From positions 234,670,001 through 234,734,000 of the forward strand of contig OZ024741.1 of assembly GCA_964016885.1 (NCBI GenBank): a stretch of DNA of 64,000 nt, in the 5' to 3' direction. Numbering within the stretch: position 1 is the stretch's first letter; each line of letters opens with the position of its first letter. The stretch comes from Eledone cirrhosa. Lineage: Eukaryota. Shown piece by piece: positions 11,651-23,997 of this stretch. The notes beneath the pieces are model-generated. The model was not told the DNA's origin. It made no database searches and saw only the letters and a list, made by a program, of their open reading frames with translations. The translations under genes and the position numbers were made by a program.

Positions 11651-14174
11651 ATATAAACTTTAGAAATACATTAAGAGTACAGGTGTCTGTGAAATGCTCA
11701 GCCACTTATATGTCAATTGTTTGATCGGGGTTACATTAGCCATTATGCTGTATATGTTTTAAGATAGTAATGGGATTCGAGGGAATCTGCTGCTCTTGTT
11801 GTGTTTTACATAAACATCGCCTGTGTATCAAACCTGAAATGCATATAAATACTCACAAATATGTGTATATGAATGGTCCTAGATGTTAGAAGCTATTTAA
11901 AACAGCTCCAGTTGGGTGTCGGTTCAAAACCATATGTCAACAGATATCTACGTTTGAGTTAATCGATATGTATATAAATATATACACATATCGGTTAACT
12001 ACTTGAATGCACACACATACACCCACAACCAAATGTAAGGCTCGTGTATACTTTGTATACTATGTATACTTTATACTAGACATAAGTAACCCTTTTCGAG
12101 TAGTGGTCTCATCATAAGGCGGGTCGCACTACTAAAAAATTCAAGGTAATTTTGAAATTAAGCGTACCATTCAGAAAGCGAAATGGGCCGCAGGTTGCCC
12201 ACAATTGTTTTATATACACACTGTATGTGGAGTCCACGAAGGAGCCTCTATGTGGTCTGTTAAATTGCTAGAAATAACAGCCAACTTCCCATAAATCATA
12301 GTCTTAAAAAAAACAACATCTGACAACTTCTAGATAACTCTAAAATACGGGATGATCAAGACTGGAATACTTTTGGTCATTGGTTTGCTTACTCAGTTCC
12401 AACTTGGAGCTAAATAATTTCTGCGTATGTTTGCATATATGAATTCATGCATATGTCTATGCTTTACATAAACGTGTGTATGTGAATGTTTATGTATGCA
12501 TGTATATGTATGTAATACGTTTTGACACAGACACGTGTTTTTATGATTGCATTATGTACTCGTGCATTTCGTCTATGCTTTACATAACACGTGTGTATAT
12601 TTATGTATACATGTACATGCTTTACTCAAATATATATATGCTGTACACGAATAGTGTTTCTAGTTCTTCTATTGAGGATAATAAGTTCTGTTAGAAAACG
12701 TTTATTTTACTTCGATTTAAGCATCATTTAGAAGAATGACTACCATCCGTATCACAGCATTATGCTCTAGATTTGGTCCTAGATGTTAGAAGCTATTTAA
12801 AACAGCTCCTGTTGGGTTTGGGTTCAAAACCATATGCCAACAGATATCTACGTTAAAAATTATCAATTTTAGTTTGACACTTCATATATGTGTTACTTGC
12901 ATAGCCCTCATTCTTCTCATAGACCCCACTTATTGATCTCATTGCCCCCATTTACACTGTTATTTGACTGCTGGAGAAATAAAAGGTTATGGTGACCTAA
13001 CTAAGTAGGATTCGAACTTTGAAAATTACTTCCAGTACAGTTGTTTCAGTTCCACACGAACTATCATGAATGGAATCTATAATTAGTCATACAGTTACAC
13101 TGTGTTTCAATTATTGTTGTTACACAGAGCCCACTCATGTATTCGACTTGATTTAATCAACTGTGACATCTCGCTAAATTTGAGGACATTTATCATATTG
13201 TTGTTTTTAGACATAATTCTATTTTCAATTTTTATTTTTGGAAAAACAGAAGCAATATTGATGAATAAAGAAGCATGTTGATACTGATAATAATATTATT
13301 TCAAAATTGTTTTTATATATCCTGTTTTTTTAAAAAAAACTATAGCATCACTGGTTACAGGTTTCCAATGGGCCTGTTCACTGTATTTCCCATAGTGAGA
13401 GTGACATGTGAGCTGTCTGTGTAACTTGAGTTGAATAAATACCAAAAAGTGTATATGTTGAAAAGAACCAGTTTTTGGTGAAGTATATTGATATTAAACA
13501 CAACTAGCACACCCTGTAGAGTGGTTGGTGATAAGAAGGGCACATAGCTGTAGCAGACTTGCCAAAGGGTAGAGAGAACCCTTTAGTTGTGTTAAAGACA
13601 TGACGACTTCCTTAGTGCTGGTGTCATGATTGCACAGCGTGTCTCACTCTGTAAAGTATGGGAATGCATGTTAATGAGATGAGGTCTCTCAGTGGCTCTG
13701 ATTAAGTACTGACATGGTGTGTGATGACCCGTCCAACCTTTGCTAGCAGGGAAAATGTATGTTATATATATATAAATCATTTTTACATCCATTTTGTTAC
13801 TTTTTGCATTCCTTTGTGAGGTTCAGCATTGTGAGTTTAGCTTTTAACAATTATACCTCCGTTTTCCTCATCCATAAGATTTCTTTTACTGACACTAACT
13901 GCTGCTGAACACTCCTGTTTGTTTGCTACATGCAGAGTCCTTTGTCTCTATCAACAAGCCTGTGATCCCACAACACATCTTGTCAACTAATAGTAGCTTT
14001 TGTCTCTGTCAACTTGTCTGTTATCCCACTGCACATATTGTACATTGTATGAACGTTCTTTTGTTTTGTCTACATATCAATCACACTCATTTCACTAATG
14101 GCAGCACGATCCTATCTTCTTTCTTACTTGTTAAGATTTTAGTTTTCATTAAGTTTAGTAGTACTCGTCATTAA

Positions 14175-15790
14175 AATAATAATTGTTTCTACTTTTGGCA
14201 CAAGGCCAGTAATTACTCTGCATTACTGGTATTTTATTTTATTGACCCCATAAGGATGAAAGGCAAAGTTAACCTCAACGGGATTTGAACTCAGAATGGC
14301 AAGGGCCGTAACTCTATGCGCCAAAGCATGGCGTCCGAACCTCTGCCAATCCACCGCCCTCATAATAATAATTTCTGATTTAGGTACAAGGCTAACAATT
14401 TGGGGACAGAGAAAAGTCGATTAAATCGACCCCATTGCATTACTGGTACTTTATTTTATCAACCCTGTACGGATGAAAAGTAAAGCTAACCTTGGTGGGA
14501 TTTGAACTCAGAACGTAATGAGCTGGAATAAATAGTTAAGCATTAATCTGTTGCTCTAGTGACACTGCCAGCAATTTTGTGGAGTGAGGTAAATAAATAG
14601 TTAAGCATTAATCCGTTGCTCTAGTGACACTGCCAGCAATTTTGTGGAGTGAGGTAAATAAATAGTTAAGCATTAATCCGTTGCTCTAGTGACACTGCCA
14701 GCAATTTTGTGGAGTGAGGTAAATAAATAGTTAAGCATTAATCTGTTGCTCTAGTGACACTGCCAGCAATTTTGTGGAGTGAGGTAAATAAATAGTTAAG
14801 CATTAATCTGTTGCTCTAGTGACACTGCCAGCAATTTTGTGGAGTGAGGTAAATAAATAGTTAAGCATTAATCTGTTGCTCTAGTGACACTGCCAGCAAT
14901 TTTGTGGAGTGAGGTAAATAAATAGTTAAGCATTAATCCGTTGCTCTAGTGACACTGCCAGCAATTTTGTGGAGTGAGGTAAATAAATAGTTAAGCATTA
15001 ATCCGTTGCTCTAGTGACACTGCCAGCAATTTTGTGGAGTGAGGTAAATAAATAGTTAAGCATTAATCCGTTGCTCTAGTGACACTGCCAGCAATTTTGT
15101 GGAGTGAGGTAAATAAATAGTTAAGCATTAATCCGTTGCTCTAGTGACACTGCCAGCAATTTTGTGGAGTGAGGTAAATAAATAGTTAAGCATTAATCCG
15201 TTGCTCTAGTGACACTGCCAGCAATTTTGTGGAGTGAGGTAAATAAATAGTTAAGCATTAATCCGTTGCTCTAGTGACACTGCCAGCAATTTTGTGGAGT
15301 GAGGTAAATAAATAGTTAAGCATTAATCCGTTGCTCTAGTGACACTGCCAGCAATTTTGTGGAGTGAGGTAAATAAATAGTTAAGCATTAATCCGTTGCT
15401 CTAGTGACACTGCCAGCAATTTTGTGGAGTGAGGTAAAAGTCTCTTAAATCGATCCCAGTATTTGACTGGTACTTTATTTTGTCAACCCTAAAAGGATGA
15501 ATGGCAAAGTTAACCTCAGTGAGGTTTGAACTTAGAATGTAAAGGGCCACAACTAAATGCTGCAAACCACTTTGTCTGACATCCTAATGATTCTGCCAAT
15601 AATAATAATAATTGTTTCTACTTTTGGCACAAGGCTAGCAATTATCCCAGTGCATTACTGGTACTTTATTTTATCGATGAAAGGCAAAGTTAACATCGGC
15701 AGGATTTGAACTCAGACCATAAAGGGCTGTAATTCTATGCTGGAAAGCATGGCGTCCGACCCTCTACTGATACTGCCAATCCACCGCCCA
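14175..15790 (-). mobile_element. Cluster of about four tRNA-derived SINE copies enclosing the minisatellite
   Basis: Repeated ggatgaaaggcaaagttaacct..gatttgaactcaga (reverse B-box gagttcaaatcc) with (aat)n tails. Confidence 0.8.
14526..15435. repeat. Minisatellite, 65-bp unit x14
   Basis: Unit aaataaatagttaagcattaatc(c/t)gttgctctagtgacactgccagcaattttgtggagtgaggt; one C/T variant site. Confidence 0.95.
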
Positions 15791-15796
15791 TAATAA

Positions 15797-16068
15797 TTAA
15801 TGTATCAGTCTCCACAGTTGACTATATCTATCAAGGAAATGGAGAAATTATTCAAATATAAGGATCTGGAAATAGAAATAACCTCAATGTGAATGATGAA
15901 AACTAACAATCTTTATAGTTTTCTGGGAATATTAAAACACAGATAGATACATAACCAAACCCACAGGACTTAGAAATGTATAATGCATACAAAAAATAGC
16001 ACTACTAGACAATGCACATAGCTGTGTTCAGTAATGCAATAGAAATAAGACTAATGATGATGATAATC
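15797..16068 (+). mobile_element. R4/NeSL-like LINE 3' end (endonuclease remnant)
   Basis: KEMEKLFKYKDLEIEI motif; ends in a (tga/taa)n tail. Confidence 0.55.
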
Positions 16069-16458
16069 AATGTAATAATATTTGCATACTTTTGATATAT
16101 TTGATTTCTTCTGTTTCAGATATGGAAAAATGTCTTTCTCGGTGGTTGTACTAACATGGAAGCTAAGAGAATTGTAGAAAAAAACACTAACAAGACACCA
16201 GCCCTTAAATAATCTCCTTAAAATAGCAAACCTGAAAGACAACACATTACAAAGAACTCGGGAATATATACTAATTTAACTGATTCACTGGATAGTTAGT
16301 AATTTTACTAGTTGTAAAAAGACCTGGGGTAGGAAAGAGTGGAACCCTTACCTCCACCATAGTTTCTCGGGCAGGAGAGAACAGAAACCTAACCTCCACA
16401 ACATAGTTTTTGGTCCTGTTTTTACACTGACACTGTTTACTAACTTTCTCATATTGCC

Positions 16459-17154
16459 ATGGCTGATGTATTAGTGAAGATGTGTCATTGTCAAATATGT
16501 GGTTCATCTCTGTCAACTTTGAGTCTATTAAGAAGGCATAAGTTGATCCATGAGGGTCAGCGACCCTACCACTGTACTGTCTGCTCTGCTTCGTTCTTAC
16601 AGAGCAGTGATCTGAAGAAACACAACATGATTCACACGGGAGAGAAACCGTTCACCTGCTACACATGTGGGGCAGCGTTTTCACGAAACAGTTCTCTCAA
16701 ACAGCACGGTCTCACTCACACAGGCCAGAAACCATTCAAATGCGAGGAGTGCCCCTCTGCATTCTCAACACGTAGTTTACTCAAACGTCATCACATGAAC
16801 CACACGGGCTTGAAGCCTTTCAAATGTGACCTTTGTTCCGCAGCATTCACTCAAAATTGCGACCTCAAGAAGCATCGAATGATCCACACCGGTGAGAAAC
16901 CGTACAAATGTGATTACTGTTCAGCTGCTTTCTCTAGGAATTCTTCATTGAAGCAGCACCACCGGACACACACTGGGGAGAAACCATTCCAGTGTGAAAT
17001 GTGTCCAGCTGCTTTCTCCACATTTAGCCTCTTAAAGAGGCATCAGATGAGCCACAACAATGAGAAACCCTTTAAATGTGAAATGTGCCCTGCACAATAT
17101 TCACAAAGCAGTGACTTAAAAAAGCATCAACGTGTCCACACAAGGAATAACTGA
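16459..17154 (+). CDS. C2H2 zinc-finger protein, 8 tandem fingers, 231 aa
   Basis: Intact ATG-to-TGA ORF with eight CxxC..HxxxH motifs and TGEKPF-type linkers; splice acceptor ttctgtttcag| at 16119 upstream; AATAAA at 17551. Confidence 0.93.
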   Translation: MADVLVKMCHCQICGSSLSTLSLLRRHKLIHEGQRPYHCTVCSASFLQSSDLKKHNMIHTGEKPFTCYTCGAAFSRNSSLKQHGLTHTGQKPFKCEECPSAFSTRSLLKRHHMNHTGLKPFKCDLCSAAFTQNCDLKKHRMIHTGEKPYKCDYCSAAFSRNSSLKQHHRTHTGEKPFQCEMCPAAFSTFSLLKRHQMSHNNEKPFKCEMCPAQYSQSSDLKKHQRVHTRNN

Positions 17155-18366
17155 AAGGGTTACCCCAATATTTTGTTGTTCTTCAAATTCAATGGAAGGA
17201 AAGGATACATTTACTGGACAGATTCTCATTAATGACTAACAAAAATCAGTTTGATTCTATTGAGTAGTGTAAGAGCCAAGGTTATCTTTCTAAAGTCTTT
17301 ATTGATGTTGTGGCTCTCATCTGCTGGATATATGGAATCAAACGATGTCATTTTACATACAGTTTACTCTATGGGATTATATTTAAAGTTGAGAGAGTAA
17401 GAGTGTGTGTATTATTGTATGTATTTCAAATCTGTGATGTGAAAGTACATTGCTAAAAAACAAAACAAAACAAAAACAAATAATGTTATCTCCAGTCCTT
17501 AGATTAAGGAAGAGTAGGAGTCACTATAAGAATCAAGTGTGATTAAGGGAAATAAAATTACATTTCCTTTTTGTTTTATTCATTTATTGTCTTTTGTTAA
17601 TTCAAGTGAATTTTTTTAAAGGACTTTAAGCTCAGCTGTGAATAACTTTAGGCCTCATGAATTGCTAATGCCTTAAAAATTTTAAATGCTACCTCTACTG
17701 AGTACTGATCTGGGATGGTGGAGCTTGTTACATGCACAAATACAAATATCTTAGATCATATCAACAAAAAGATTAATAAACAACCATTTACCAGATTCAT
17801 TTACCAACAAGCTACCCTCATTGTTTCATGAGTTAACAAAGGAGTTTCTACATGGTCACTTTACCTGTCTACGTAAAGGAAGGTGTAGGCATACTGAAAC
17901 ATGTATAAAGTCCCTCTCTCCTGGTAGTATGCCTTCTATACTAGCAGAATAGTGAATAGCACAAATACTATACATGCCAAGAAAGCAATATTAAACTCAT
18001 CTAAATATAACCAGCACACAACTAAAACCATCAAGAGGACCCTGAAGGTCACTGCAAATACTAGGTTTCACTACCACTGAGGATCTCTCCTTGTGAAGGC
18101 ATACCTTCAAATTTGCAAAAATTGACCTTCCTCTTTAAAACCAGAAAATACTTTAGTTCCTCTCAATAATTTGATAGTGCGGAAGCCTGTGATATGACAT
18201 CAGAATAAGCACAAGATGTAACAAGAAAGGCAGGAAAATATAGGAGGAAGAGAGTATGGAAGCTAAAGGGCCTTTCTATTAAAAAAGATAACTGCAATTA
18301 GTGGCAAAATACTGCACTGACAACTACCCTTTCAGCTGGTCAATATGATTGATTAAATCTCTTTAA

Positions 18367-18556
18367 CCCTTTAGCATTTACCTGCTCTATATATACTATT
18401 GTATTTTTGTGGTAAAGGCTTTATCTCTTATTGAATCTGAGATTTTGATGTTATTTATTTTGAAAATAATACCTTAATATCAGTATGAATGGCCAGTTTG
18501 AATAGAAAGAGATGAGAGAATTCTGGCCAGATACGGTCAGTTTAAATGCTAAAGGG
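18367..18556. mobile_element. piggyBac-type MITE
   Basis: TTAA-ccctttagcattta...taaatgctaaaggg-TTAA. Confidence 0.85.
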
Positions 18557-19529
18557 TTAAGGTGGTGTCCCAGCATGACTGCAGTCCAATGAATAAAACA
18601 AGTAAAAGCATATATTTTTTCTCTTCACAGGGGATACTGGAATTTTCTACCAAGTTCATCTCTGCACAATACTGTAAACTATAACCACCACTTCTAATTG
18701 AATCTATGATTACACACCTAACCTCTTGCTATGTCTTCCCCTCCCCCAAATACCATAACATTCCCAAGCAATTTTTGCAATTATGTGGGTAATATGTTAG
18801 TTTATTACAGGTAACATTCCCTGATGGTTCAGACAAAGGTGAACTGAGGTGTTGTAGAATATAGTGTTCTGTCTAGAAACACGGCAGAGATGAAGGGATA
18901 ACTCTCTACCTGGCTAAGGCACCAGTCTATCTGACGTCTGAGACACAGCTGAAGTGAATTGTGGTAAAGTATAGTATGGTGTTGCCGAAGTACTCCCAAT
19001 ACTTTACTTATTCAGACCCCACCCACCCTATCTCTACTTTGCTATGGGCATATCATTAAATGATACAAAAGATAAACCTTGCCATACCTGTACATGGTTT
19101 TTGATCTACATTATTGTGGTTTTTAGTTATAGTGACTAATATAGCTCCTTGCACTCTAAAATGGTCAGAAAATGCAATTTGAGTCCAAGCAGGTCATATT
19201 ACATTTACAGCTTACATTATAAAGTGATTATAACAAAATGACCTATGAAATCTGTCTCTGAATACACATACTAGCAATTGGCAAATAGTGATATGTGGAG
19301 AAAAAGTTATGACATGGCAAAAAATTTACTATTGAATATCAACCAAGATATAAAAACTTTGAGATGCGATAAACATATGTACATAAATTGTAGCACATAT
19401 ACAAATAGATGTTTTGGTAGTTTGGGGAGAAATACTGTGTGGCTGGGGGTGACAGTAGGTCTTTAACTAATGTATTGTACCACATGAAATGGAAAAGTGC
19501 AAAATAGCACTATGATTGCATCACATTAA

Positions 19530-19873
19530 CCCTTAATGTTCAAACCGGCCAAAACTCTCTACCCTTTTCTGTTGTAACTGGTCATTGAAACTGATGTTCT
19601 CAAAATAAATGCTTTCAAAATCTCATAGATTCGATATTATGTGAGATAAAGCCTTTACCATGAAAATATAGAGTAATGTAAATACTAAAAGATTAAACCT
19701 TTTCCAATCATATTTCCATTGAAATACTCTATTAACAAAGAATTTTGAGGGATTTACTAAACTTATTTCATTACTATGTTAATAACTTAACATATGGTTC
19801 TTATATGAATTTGTTGGAACATTTTAAGTAGGAATCCTTTAAAACAAGTGATTGTATTTCATTAAAAGGGTTA
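19530..19873. mobile_element. Two abutting piggyBac-type MITEs, the first an inverted relative of 18367
   Basis: ttaa-ccctt..taaatactaaaaga-ttaa-accttttcc...aaaaggg-ttaa; second family also near 1160-1325 and 58100-58317. Confidence 0.65.
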
Positions 19874-22301
19874 AAAATTAGCATCTTTACTGTAAATTTT
19901 TACAACAATCTGTCAACTTGTAAAAATACTATAAACATTTGAATTCAAAGTTTTTTTCAGACATTTTCTGCTAAATTCAAAACATTTGTATGACCAACCT
20001 GATAAAATTTTGAAGGATATCAGATTGATACTGCACTTGTATGACAGATGGCAAGTTGGGAACTGAGAGGTGGTGGTGTATCATTTTACGTTTCTCCATG
20101 CTGTCTTTCACCACAGTCCACCATTATTTATTATAGAAACAGTGACAATTGCCATCAGTTTATGTCCTAGATCATTTTTTTAAATATCTGGATACCCTTC
20201 CTATCACCATCCACACTACAAGGACAGTGTATTTTAACATCAATGCTGTGGAATGGATTCTTTTAATGGTTTTCAGCCATCACCTTCACTTTGAAGGTGA
20301 TTTAGCTTATCATATCAACACCACTGCTTATTGTATAGATCGCTGATACACTAATTTAGGGGTGGATAAACAGTAAACGTACACACACATACACAATGGG
20401 CTTCTACACAATTTCAATCTACCAAATGGTACTCACAAGGTATTGATGAACCTGAGTTTATAGCAAAAGACACTTGCTCAAGGTACCATGCAGTGAGACT
20501 AAACCCCAAACCATGTGGTTGTAAAATGAACTCATTTATCACACACACAGCCATGCCTGTTTTTATTGATTTACAGTGTCACGTTACAAATTCCTCCTGT
20601 GGGGACCAAAGAAAAAAAAATTACCTGTGATAGACTGGTCTTCTATCCAAGGAGAGATTTAACTCACCTCTATTGCACATTACAGAAATCAGAGATAAGC
20701 CATACTGATCTTTGTAATTATGGGAAAAAATTTGTTCATTTACTTAAAATTCTTTTGTATCCTTGCAAAGAGATCCAGAATCTGACAGTAGCAGTAGAGG
20801 TTTATGAAACCACATTAACAAAACATTCTTGGAAGTACAAAACAGCAGTTCGGCTGCATCACATGAAACATTATATTGCAAATGTTCACAATCTGTCTAC
20901 CAGTAAAGGTACTACAAAACATTTGAAATAAATTTATTTTTAGATATTTCCTGCTAAATCATTACAGGATGTTAAGAGTTAAGAAGCAAAGAACAAACCA
21001 TAGATATCAGCCAGCATCCATCTCTTGTGATGGGAGGAGAGGACTAGAAAGCAAGACATTGCTGTTGTTTAGCTCTAGGTCAGCCATCTTTTTTTTTAAG
21101 AGTTTAAATGAGCTCTTCCTTATATAAGACTGTCCAGAGTGATTTGAGAGGAACTTAACTCCTAATTCTAGCAAGTCAAACAACCACATAGAGGCTAATC
21201 CCAGGTTAGCCCTGATCAAGTAAATCTATTATAGTCATTCCAGCTAGGTGTGCCCTTCCTTTCAATAAGGTGGAGTGAAATTTGAGAGATTAGGCTGCTG
21301 TTTTTGGCAAGTCAAGCAACCATGTTGAGGCTCCTTTGTTGACTTGCCTGATCAACAGTTGGAGTTATTTGTACTGGATAAATAACTATGCAAAAATGAC
21401 AGTGATTAAGCAGTTCCTTTCACATTTGTGAGGTTCTGGGCTCAATCCCAGTGTGGCATCTTGGACAAGTGTCTTTTACTGTGGGTCAAGCAAACTTGTA
21501 GGTGAAATTGGAAAGACAAAAACTATAGAAGCCTCTTGGGTGGATTGTATTTGTAATTCAAAGATCCAGCCCAGTCACATTGTGTCTGTGGAATACTAAG
21601 CCATTCAATGGAATGCTCATCATTGAAGCCAATGGTGAATCTAAAATGAGAATTCTATTGTGGTTTGGCCTGTTCTATCTTATTAGTCCAGTGCTTTGGA
21701 TCCTAGATTTGCTACAACCCAAACAAAAGCCAGAAGTAAGAGATCAGAGTAAATATTGATTAGAGTTAAGTGTGGTATGACAATGAAAACATGGAACTGA
21801 GAGACAGACTATATAAAGATATACAATATGTTTGTGTGATGTGGACCATGAAGATAAACTATATGGAATATAAAGTCACAGTATTTTCATTGGTATTTTG
21901 AGTTTGATCAGACAATTATGACTATGTGGCATATATCTGAGAGCTGGTAAATGTGATTGCTATGGTTAATGTGTCTGATGATAACAGATGTGGTTTGTTA
22001 ATTAATGGATACCCAAAGAAGAGGGTGAAGGCTTGAGGCCCATGAAACAATCAACGAAATGTAGAACTATCTAAAGTAGTAATGACAACATTTGACCATA
22101 AGTCTGCAGGATCAAGGCTGACCTGGGGCTAAACAACATTTGATCATAAGTCTGCTGGATCAGGGTTGATCTGGAGCTAAATCACAACAGGGTACATATT
22201 AATATGCATACATGTACAACATGCATTTTAAAAGATAACTCAAAACAAAAAAGTACAGATATTTTTTCATACACACACATATATTGGTATATATATACAC
22301 A

Positions 22302-22332
<31 letters not shown>

Positions 22333-22650
22333 GCACACAAATATATCAGTGTTTTGTCAGTTTTAATGCTGGTGAAATGTACCCAGAGTGAGCTGCTGGG
22401 TAATGGACTTTATTGACTGTAGACATATACAATGGTGAAAATATTATAATGAATCGAGGGTGGTTTTATACAGACACAATTGAGCTGTTCTTGAGATACT
22501 CAGGTAGATAGACCACAGGTTGAGGCAGGGAGTAGCTGGCTAGGAAAGTGATGTCCAGCTACCAACATTCAATGATGTAGTAATAGTAATAGTAGTAGTT
22601 TACTGTCAGAGTAGAGAAGAAGCCTCACAGAGGGCAGGCTGCGTTGTCAG

Positions 22651-23997
22651 TTAGTGCATTAGGGTCTGAATGCTGTGTACTGCCTCTTGGTTCTCACACT
22701 TCCTCTGTCCAATGCTGTAGGACGGTACGCTGAGGGTGTTGCCCCAGTTTGTAGTCCATGTGGACGTCATAGGGGGAACGTTTCTCTTCCAATTAAAGTT
22801 GTTCAAAGCCGACATCTGATGAGAGCAGGCTGTAGCCATAGGCGGGGAGTTGAGAGTGAGTGGTGGCAACTGGGGCAGATGTGGCAAGTGTGAGGGCATT
22901 CTTTGGTGAGAGCATGCAGTTGGTGTTGGTATCATAGATGAAGACGGCACTGAGGTTGGTGCAGAGGCAACCAGAGTGGTGACAGCATGGTTCCCTGCAT
23001 GACACTGGCCATGTTTGTCTGCGTTACATCGTTGAGGTGGTATGGTGGTAGTCATGGTGTAATCTTTATTGTCACATTTGTTCATTTTGTTCTCCTCTGT
23101 ACCCATGGCACTGGCTATGTGTGTGCGCTGGTGCAACTTCAGCTTGTCGTTGCGAGAGAATGCACGGCGGCATATTTCGCAACTGTAAGGCTTCTGTCCT
23201 GAATGCGTAAACTCATGCAGCTTTAGTTTGTCCTTGCGGGAGAAGGACTTTGAGCAAAGCGAACAACTAAATGGTTTTTCCCCACTGTGTGTGAATTCAT
23301 GAATTTTCATCTTGTCCTTACGAGAGAAAGCTTTCTGACAAATCCCACAGCTAAACGGTTTCTCACCTGTATGTGATCTCTCATGGATTTTCAGCTTGTC
23401 ATTGCGTGAAAAACACCGTTGACAAACAGGGCACTCAAATGGTTTCTCACCCGTGTGCGACCGTTGATGCAGCTTTAACTTGTCGTTGCGTGAGAACGCG
23501 CGACGACAAATTAAGCATTCAAAAGGCCGCTCTCCTGTGTGGGAACGGGTGTGTATTTTAAGTTTATCATTTCTAGAGAAGGCTTTGTGGCATATAGTAC
23601 ACTGAAATGGTTTACTCCCAGTGTGGGTCAATTGATGGATCTTAAGCTTATCTTTCTGAGCAAAAGCCATATCGCAAAGCTCACAAGGGAAGGGTCTTTC
23701 ACCAGTGTGCGTACGCTCATGGTTACGTAATTTGTCACGCTCAGGGAAAGCTTTGCCGCAGAACATACATGTAAAATGCTTGCCGGCCTCAGGAGCCATT
23801 TCATGTTTCTTCAGGTAGGCCCTTAATGCAAACCGCTTACGACAGATATTGCATTTATATGGCTTCTTCTCAATATACCTCTGTTTATAACTGAGGTAGG
23901 AAGGAGTAATGCCTACCTGGGAATAAGCTAAACTGCAGGCATGGTAGTTTACATGGTTTGTAATGGGGGGGTATTGTACAGCTGGGTTAGAACACAT
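22651..23997 (-). CDS. C2H2 zinc-finger protein, 9 fingers (first lacks its second His), Pro/Ser/Thr-rich C-terminus, 448 aa
   Basis: Intact ORF with HTGE(K/R)PF linkers and a repeated SRNDKLK helix; minus-strand acceptor cttcacag| at 24373. Confidence 0.93.
   Translation of the reverse strand: MCSNPAVQYPPITNHVNYHACSLAYSQVGITPSYLSYKQRYIEKKPYKCNICRKRFALRAYLKKHEMAPEAGKHFTCMFCGKAFPERDKLRNHERTHTGERPFPCELCDMAFAQKDKLKIHQLTHTGSKPFQCTICHKAFSRNDKLKIHTRSHTGERPFECLICRRAFSRNDKLKLHQRSHTGEKPFECPVCQRCFSRNDKLKIHERSHTGEKPFSCGICQKAFSRKDKMKIHEFTHSGEKPFSCSLCSKSFSRKDKLKLHEFTHSGQKPYSCEICRRAFSRNDKLKLHQRTHIASAMGTEENKMNKCDNKDYTMTTTIPPQRCNADKHGQCHAGNHAVTTLVASAPTSVPSSSMIPTPTACSHQRMPSHLPHLPQLPPLTLNSPPMATACSHQMSALNNFNWKRNVPPMTSTWTTNWGNTLSVPSYSIGQRKCENQEAVHSIQTLMH

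Noticed and set aside
14526-15435. CRISPR-like array
   Set aside because: Units are contiguous with no unique spacers, derive from SINEs, and there are no cas genes; the sequence is eukaryotic
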